A stretch of 32,000 nt of DNA, taken from NCBI GenBank assembly GCA_048882505.1, contig JBHLRO010000002.1, positions 420,563-452,562 of the forward strand, given 5' to 3'. Shown piece by piece: positions 26,503-32,000 of this stretch; the first letter of the stretch is position 1; each line of letters starts with the position of its first letter. The position numbers and the translations under genes were made by a program. The notes under the pieces are model-generated. The model made no database searches. It was given only the letters and a program-made list of their open reading frames with translations, and was not told where the DNA came from. The stretch is from Candidatus Thorarchaeota archaeon. Its GTDB lineage: Archaea; Asgardarchaeota; Heimdallarchaeia; Hodarchaeales; Hodarchaeaceae.

Positions 26503-27600
26503 TTATACTTCCAGCATTTCATAACGTGGGATATTACTGGTTAGTATTCCATCGTCCGTCCTTATTACGTTATCCTCTATTCGAACACCAAATTCATTTG
26601 GTAGATAAATCCCTGGTTCTATGGTGAATACATTACCTGTGGACAGTGGAGATCGATTGGTTCCTACGATATAAGGGTGTTCATGAACTTCTAGACCAAG
26701 TCCATGACCTGTTCGATGAGTAAAATACTGGCCATATCCTCTACTGCTAATATATTCGCGGGCATGATTATCAACTTCGGAGGGTAACTTTCCTTCAGTG
26801 ACCGCGTCTTTTCCGTAAGTATTGGCTTTGAAAACGATGTCGTAAATCTCTTTGAACCGAGAAGAGGCCTCCCCAAACACCGTAGTCATCGTAATGTCCC
26901 CCCAATAATTGTTTAAGGTTCCACCCGCATCGATTAAGACCACGTCGTCTTTTTTCAGTCGTCTTTCGCCTCCGTGATAGTGAGGAAGGGCTGAATTGTC
27001 GCCGAATTGCACGAGGCAGAATGTTTTTTCGCGAGGACCCCAGGTTAGACGTTCGATGAGTATTTCTTGGAGCTCCGTTTCTGTTATACCTGTTTCAAGT
27101 TCTTCTAGCGTTTTCACGATTGCATCTCCGCTTCTTTGAGAAGCCTTTAAGATAGTTTTCTGCTCTGTTTCATCCTTAATTGCCCTTCCTGCATCAAATA
27201 TAGGAGCTGCTGATACTATCTCGATATTTCTAGGGAGATTTTTCACTAGAAGGGAGTAAACTGAGAACCACATTTTAGGATCTATCGCGATCTTCTGACA
27301 CGTTCCGACTAAATTCGGTACCACTGTGTAGGGGTCTTGAAGTTCCTCCCAACCAATTACCTCGGAGACACCTGTTGTGCGTTTCATTCGATCTACTTCA
27401 AACGCGGGTGCCACAATTACAGGGGATCCTTCAGGTGTTAAAATGGCCAAGACAAGACGTTCGCTCGGTTCCTCAAGAATCCCGAATACCCACCTGAAAT
27501 TTATTCCTAGGGGGATAAGAACACAATTTATGTTATATTTCGGGAGGATGTCACGGATCGTGGTGATTTTACTGGACTTTGTGCTGGAATGACTAGCCAT
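26503..27600 (-). CDS. pepQ: Xaa-Pro dipeptidase/aminopeptidase (M24B)
   Basis: Creatinase-like N-domain, RAIKDETE, LPHY, IDAGG...GDIT, HRTGHGLGLEVHE, TIEPGIY and RIEDN. Confidence 0.92.
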   Translation of the reverse strand: MASHSSTKSSKITTIRDILPKYNINCVLIPLGINFRWVFGILEEPSERLVLAILTPEGSPVIVAPAFEVDRMKRTTGVSEVIGWEELQDPYTVVPNLVGTCQKIAIDPKMWFSVYSLLVKNLPRNIEIVSAAPIFDAGRAIKDETEQKTILKASQRSGDAIVKTLEELETGITETELQEILIERLTWGPREKTFCLVQFGDNSALPHYHGGERRLKKDDVVLIDAGGTLNNYWGDITMTTVFGEASSRFKEIYDIVFKANTYGKDAVTEGKLPSEVDNHAREYISSRGYGQYFTHRTGHGLGLEVHEHPYIVGTNRSPLSTGNVFTIEPGIYLPNEFGVRIEDNVIRTDDGILTSNIPRYEMLEV

Positions 27601-27622
27601 TTTCTTTCATATAATTAAGAAA

Positions 27623-27644
27623 ATTCTTTTATTCTTTTATTCTT
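27623..27644 (+). repeat. Short tandem repeat (ATTCTTTT) x ~2.75 in the 60-bp divergent promoter region
   Basis: ATTCTTTT-ATTCTTTT-ATTCTT read directly between the pepQ and TPR gene starts. Confidence 0.45.
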
Positions 27645-27660
27645 CCTTGTTGCTCGAGGA

Positions 27661-29556
27661 TTGTTCCATACAAGATGTGACGAAATGAAGCCAGTCAAAC
27701 CCTTATTCTACGATGAGTTTAGACTAGCCACCTTGGAACAACGAGAAAACACGATATTGGCATATTTGGACGAGTTTTTCGATACAGAAAGTAACTACCT
27801 CGTCTATGGAAAATTGTTCTCTCACATGGTCACCGGTAGAATGGTCGAATTCGATGAAAGTCTGCGAGAGGCGTTTCATTTCCAAAAAAACTGTGCTCAA
27901 GTATTTAAGACTTTTTATAATCGAGTTTTGGCCCAGACAAAGAACGAGCGGGAAGCAGAAGTTAGGACAGCAAAGATCATGTGGAACTTTATCGATGAAA
28001 ATCGATTTGATGAAGCCCTTCGACTTTGTCTTCCTGAAGACGATCCAAACCAACAACTCAGTCCAGAAAAACAACAAAAATTCATTCACCAGTTTGATGT
28101 CGTTCAGAACCTGATAAGAATCGTACAGGGGGATGCCTTAAAATCTGCGCCTCCACTTGCCGCCTATCTCGAGGCTGTCAATTTTGCTACCAAAGCTTTG
28201 GATAACTACCGAATGAACAAAATCAAGAGAGCGGTGGCTTTTTTTGAGCTTGCTGTGAATAAAATCATTGAATTTGACCGCGAAACAGCTGCCAAGTTTG
28301 CAGGCCTAGTAGGGGCTCTACTTGCTCAGAAATCAGGCTTGGCATCAAAGGGCTTGTATTTTCTCCATCGAACCGAACGTTTACTGCAATCGATGAATGA
28401 TACAGCCAAAAAACTCCAATTTCAGGAGATGGCCTCTTCATACTGGACTCTAGGATTGTTCACGAAAACTCTGGAGAAACTAATGCAGGAATTGGAGCTT
28501 CATAAAGAGGCAAGGTCATCTATCGGGATACAACAAACCCAGGAACATTTGAGCATCTTTTACAGGAAGTTGAACCGATATTTAGATTCACATGATTGGG
28601 CTCTTCGGGCTTTAAGGTCGACAATTCAGGCCGAGGGGAAGGAGGATCCCACCAAGGGCTTTCGTTTCTTCCAGAGTAATGTGAATTACGCTAAATCATT
28701 GATCGGTCTTAATTCCTGGGATAAGGCAGAAAAACATCTAGACTATGCAGAAAAAGCCATAAGTCAACTAGAATTCACAACAACACCACGTCACCAAGCC
28801 CAACTTGAAATTGCACATTTAAAGGGACTGATCGCAATATTTACAGGTGATCTGGATAGTGCACAGAGCTATTTCGCCAAAAGGCTGACTTTTCCTCGCC
28901 AATTGGACCCAATACTCCCTTTGTACTCTCAGTTTTTGCGATCTGAGGCGATGATGTATCGTAATAAACGTGACTTTCCGAAAGCTATTGAAACTCTCCA
29001 ACCTTTGTTTCAGGAAAAGCATGCTGTAAATCCTCAGAATGTAGCCCTTCTTTCGGAATTGCTGGTAATGCATTCTCACGCAAGGGAGGCACTGAGACTT
29101 CTCAAACATGCCCTAGATCTTTTGAATTCCAATTGGACCTCCATCCATACACAGTCACAGATCTATCAAAGCATAGCTTATGTTTATCTCTTAACAGGCG
29201 AATTCGAAAAAGCATCACAATGGTATCAGAGTTCCCTTGAAATAAATACTACTGATCTATCGGATCTCCGAATATCCCTTGATTCTCACATGAATTTGGC
29301 GTACATGGCAATAGAAGGACACAATAACATCGAACTGGCAACAAGACATTGCACGACCGTTGAGGAATATGCATCGGCTTCAGGATCAATCAGCGCGATT
29401 CTTGACGCTGGATTGCTTCGTGCCTATATTCTCAAACATCAGGGCAACGACGAAGCCACGGAACGGATGATTCAACGTGTGGCCAATGAGGCCAATGGGT
29501 TTCGGATCAGCTATATCCAAGAAAAAGCAAAATTCCTTCTAAGCCATTTAACTTAA
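27661..29556 (+). CDS. TPR/alpha-solenoid repeat protein (start TTG 27661 or ATG 27685)
   Basis: Repeated amphipathic helix pairs (WDKAEKHLDYAEK, GDLDSAQSYF, DFPKAIETL, GEFEKASQWYQSSLEI). Its stop overlaps the rfcL stop (TTAA). Confidence 0.8.
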   Translation: MFHTRCDEMKPVKPLFYDEFRLATLEQRENTILAYLDEFFDTESNYLVYGKLFSHMVTGRMVEFDESLREAFHFQKNCAQVFKTFYNRVLAQTKNEREAEVRTAKIMWNFIDENRFDEALRLCLPEDDPNQQLSPEKQQKFIHQFDVVQNLIRIVQGDALKSAPPLAAYLEAVNFATKALDNYRMNKIKRAVAFFELAVNKIIEFDRETAAKFAGLVGALLAQKSGLASKGLYFLHRTERLLQSMNDTAKKLQFQEMASSYWTLGLFTKTLEKLMQELELHKEARSSIGIQQTQEHLSIFYRKLNRYLDSHDWALRALRSTIQAEGKEDPTKGFRFFQSNVNYAKSLIGLNSWDKAEKHLDYAEKAISQLEFTTTPRHQAQLEIAHLKGLIAIFTGDLDSAQSYFAKRLTFPRQLDPILPLYSQFLRSEAMMYRNKRDFPKAIETLQPLFQEKHAVNPQNVALLSELLVMHSHAREALRLLKHALDLLNSNWTSIHTQSQIYQSIAYVYLLTGEFEKASQWYQSSLEINTTDLSDLRISLDSHMNLAYMAIEGHNNIELATRHCTTVEEYASASGSISAILDAGLLRAYILKHQGNDEATERMIQRVANEANGFRISYIQEKAKFLLSHLT

Positions 29557-31136
29557 ATTTCCGATGAGAAAAAATCAGTGAGTGATTTTTCCTTTTTCTT
29601 TGCCCTTTTCTTCTTCTTTTTACGATTTTCATGGCTTGTTGGAGGTTGTGAGTTTTCTAAGTTCTTGTCATCAGTTGATAGATGGTTATTATCGATTCTG
29701 TTTGTTTCTTGTATAGTCCCAGGTTTTTGATCCGAGATTTTTTGCTGGCTGGTAATTTCTTGCAAGATAGTTGGATCAATCTCCCGCCTGATGACCCTTT
29801 CTACTGAAGGATAAAGTGTGCGGATGATCTTCTTTATTTCACGGTTTGTCTGTTTTTGTTTGCAGAGGTGATCAATCTCTCCATTCCATACTATTCTCAT
29901 CTGGCGTTTTCCAGGCGCAATATCAAAGAATCGAAAATCGAGCGCAAGATGCGCCGCCATTTCAGCGTTATTTTCGAAAATAACCTTTATATATGGAAGA
30001 TAAATGTTCAAAGCATCTTTTTCTGAGATATTACATACTCTAGCGACTTTTAACGCAATTTTCCTTTTTCTTCTTAATCTGGAAAGGAGGATCCAATATT
30101 GTGGCACCTGAAGACGAAAATCAGGAAATGTAGGGGAGTTCTCATGGGATGGAACGAAGTTTGCCAAATTTCGCGTGATAAAATTATAAAAATAGCTCAG
30201 TTGGTTCCAAAACCGTTGTCTTTGGGCACGTGTTAAGGCTAAATCAGCCTGTGCGAGGATGTCATAGATCTTGGCAATGGTGGTGTAGCTGTTTCGGGGC
30301 AGATAATCAATGGCGAGATCGCGGAGAATAAGCAGTAATTTACTGTAGGTCATATCACTAAGTTGACGAGTCAATTCGTGCGCTTTATCACCGTCGCGTG
30401 CAATAAAAATGGTATCAAGAAATTCCTTGGTAGCAACCATTTGATCTCGAAAAGAAAGCACGCTAATATCGTCTGGTGTGATCTGACTTCTTTCCGATGC
30501 GATTGTTTGAAAAGAATTGATCGATCCTCTGATGTCATTTTGGCTTTTTTCGATAATATCTAGAAGAACTTCATCCGAGGCTTGAATCAGTTCTGTATCA
30601 GCTATTCTTCTCAATATACGTGCGATTTCTTGCGGTGACGGGTTTTCAAATTCCCGAAGTTCACAATGTCTTAGGAGGCTCTTGAATTTCTGTGGAGATA
30701 CATCATTGGCTGTTAGAATTATTGGAACACGGGTTTGTTCAATGATTTCAATAATTTCTCGGATTCCGCCTCTATCTGCAGTCCCGCTCAACCCGTCAAT
30801 TTCGTCAATAAGCAAAATTTGCCCAATTTTGGCTTCCAAATCTTCCTTGAGAGATCTAGAAGAAGAAGCCTGACGGATGGCTTTCAAAGATCTTTTATTA
30901 CGTTTATCACTTGCATTTACCATGACAACATCGAAATTCAATGCCGAGGCAATGGCTAGGATTGAGCTGGTCTTTCCGATGCCAGGTGGACCATGCAATA
31001 AGAGGGCCTTTTTTTCTAGCTTTTCCCGTAGGGATGGATTACGAAAGCGATTTAAATATACCACAATAGAATTAACGCTCTTCTCATTCCCCACAATTTC
31101 AGAACGCCGTGTTGGGGCATACTTCTGAACCCACAA
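29553..31136 (-). CDS. rfcL: Replication factor C large subunit
   Basis: WVQKYAP, Walker A GPPGIGKT, NASD, Walker B LLIDEIDG, PIILTAND, DIRGSIN, and a C-terminal basic tract plus PIP-like EKSLTDFF (29568-29591). TTG start with an upstream GAGGA. Confidence 0.95.
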   Translation of the reverse strand: MWVQKYAPTRRSEIVGNEKSVNSIVVYLNRFRNPSLREKLEKKALLLHGPPGIGKTSSILAIASALNFDVVMVNASDKRNKRSLKAIRQASSSRSLKEDLEAKIGQILLIDEIDGLSGTADRGGIREIIEIIEQTRVPIILTANDVSPQKFKSLLRHCELREFENPSPQEIARILRRIADTELIQASDEVLLDIIEKSQNDIRGSINSFQTIASERSQITPDDISVLSFRDQMVATKEFLDTIFIARDGDKAHELTRQLSDMTYSKLLLILRDLAIDYLPRNSYTTIAKIYDILAQADLALTRAQRQRFWNQLSYFYNFITRNLANFVPSHENSPTFPDFRLQVPQYWILLSRLRRKRKIALKVARVCNISEKDALNIYLPYIKVIFENNAEMAAHLALDFRFFDIAPGKRQMRIVWNGEIDHLCKQKQTNREIKKIIRTLYPSVERVIRREIDPTILQEITSQQKISDQKPGTIQETNRIDNNHLSTDDKNLENSQPPTSHENRKKKKKRAKKKEKSLTDFFSSEI

Positions 31137-31148
31137 GGGTTGATTCCT

Positions 31149-32000
31149 CTATCTGCTCTGAGCTGCTACAATGAATTTCGCTAGAAACGCATCAAACTGA
31201 ACCAGAGGATTGCAACCAGCTGAGAGACGATAATCAATTTCTGATAACATTGATAGTGCTGTAAACCGCACTGTATCCGAAAATTTCTCGTTTGGAAATC
31301 GTATTAGTTCCCTATTAAGATATCTGACAATATCCTGTCCTGAGAGTCCGTACACTTCCATTAAATCTTGAAGCAGTTTCCTTGCGGTTAGGAAGTTGGG
31401 CTGGGGTTTGATCACTTCTTGGATGATTTTTCTTACTTGATCGGGCTTCACGTAACCTTGAACGGTCTGGACCGTTTTTGATGTTATCTTGGTATCCAGT
31501 ACGGAGGCGGCTTGAAGCGCGTTGATAGCTTGCCGCATATCTCCTTCAGAACTATCGTATAGTGCCTCTAATGCCTCATCATCTATTGCTAAGTCCTTTT
31601 TACCAGCAATAAATCGTAAACGTTCCATAACTTCGCCTTTTTCTAGATTACGGAACCGAAAAATAGCACATCGCGATTGAATTGGAGGGATGATCCTCGA
31701 ACTGTAATTGCAGATTAAGATAAAACGGGTAATTGCATTGTATTGTTCCATAGTTCGACGTAATGCATGCTGGGCTTCGCTGGTCATTTGATCCGCTTCA
31801 TCGAGAATAATGATTTTGAAGGCCGCAGATCCTGAGGGGATGATTCGGGCAAAATTTTTGATATCTTCGCGAACTACTCCGATTCCTCGGTCATCTGAGG
31901 CATTCAATCTCTTAACATTGGCAGTTCGGTCCCCGGGTTGGAACATTTCATTAACTATGGCCTCTGCGGTGGTAGTTTTTCCTATGCCAGGAGGACCAGC
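31149..32000 (-). CDS. rfcS: Replication factor C small subunit (5'-partial; begins beyond the window end)
   Basis: The frame is open to position 32000, reading AGPPGIGKTTTAEAIVNEMFQP (Walker A, upstream of the track's internal Met), then LNASDDRGI, ILDEADQMT, ALRRTME, IQSRCA and GDMRQAIN. Confidence 0.96.
   Translation of the reverse strand, partial: AGPPGIGKTTTAEAIVNEMFQPGDRTANVKRLNASDDRGIGVVREDIKNFARIIPSGSAAFKIIILDEADQMTSEAQHALRRTMEQYNAITRFILICNYSSRIIPPIQSRCAIFRFRNLEKGEVMERLRFIAGKKDLAIDDEALEALYDSSEGDMRQAINALQAASVLDTKITSKTVQTVQGYVKPDQVRKIIQEVIKPQPNFLTARKLLQDLMEVYGLSGQDIVRYLNRELIRFPNEKFSDTVRFTALSMLSEIDYRLSAGCNPLVQFDAFLAKFIVAAQSR

Noticed and set aside
29553-32000. Inteins in the RFC subunits (a known insertion hotspot near Walker A)
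   Set aside because: Both sequences are continuous through Walker A and the later motifs, with no insertion in the visible part.
1-32000. tRNA/rRNA genes, CRISPR arrays, transposases, integrases, and selenoprotein UGA read-through
   Set aside because: No cloverleaf or T-loop motif outside CDS, no regularly spaced direct repeats, and no DDE/Y1/tyrosine-recombinase motifs. The redox proteins (ArsC, TrxB, NifU) use ordinary Cys codons. This was a manual scan only.

Overview
Gene-dense archaeal chromosomal window. The archaeal markers are the RFC small and large subunits in tandem, an archease-RtcB pair, an AbrB-PhoU regulator and a PGF-CTERM-like surface protein. These occur together with WD40, TPR and histidine-kinase proteins and several orphan membrane proteins, which suggests an Asgard archaeon (Heimdallarchaeia/Hodarchaeales-like); that assignment is inference, not a database result. 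About 26 CDS were found. I saw no rRNA, tRNA, CRISPR array or mobile element. Two CDS are mis-delimited or missing in the supplied ORF track because they run off the window: a membrane-protein gene at 1094-<1 and rfcS at >32000-31149. The strongest leads are: (1) a bacterial-type NAD+-dependent DNA ligase with an extended HhH-BRCT linker carrying a PIP-box-like motif (RLTNFF) that closely matches the C-terminal PIP-like motif of RFC-L in the same window (SLTDFF); (2) a class IIb synthetase mixing AspRS specificity residues with AsnRS scaffold motifs; (3) a co-oriented block of a histidine kinase, two distantly paralogous Ca-binding-like surface proteins and a membrane-bound wHTH regulator; (4) a double-propeller WD40 protein with a C-terminal coiled coil; (5) a very basic ~122-aa protein behind a long structured leader; and (6) a possible NTase-HEPN fusion next to an MBL hydrolase and the RtcB/archease pair.
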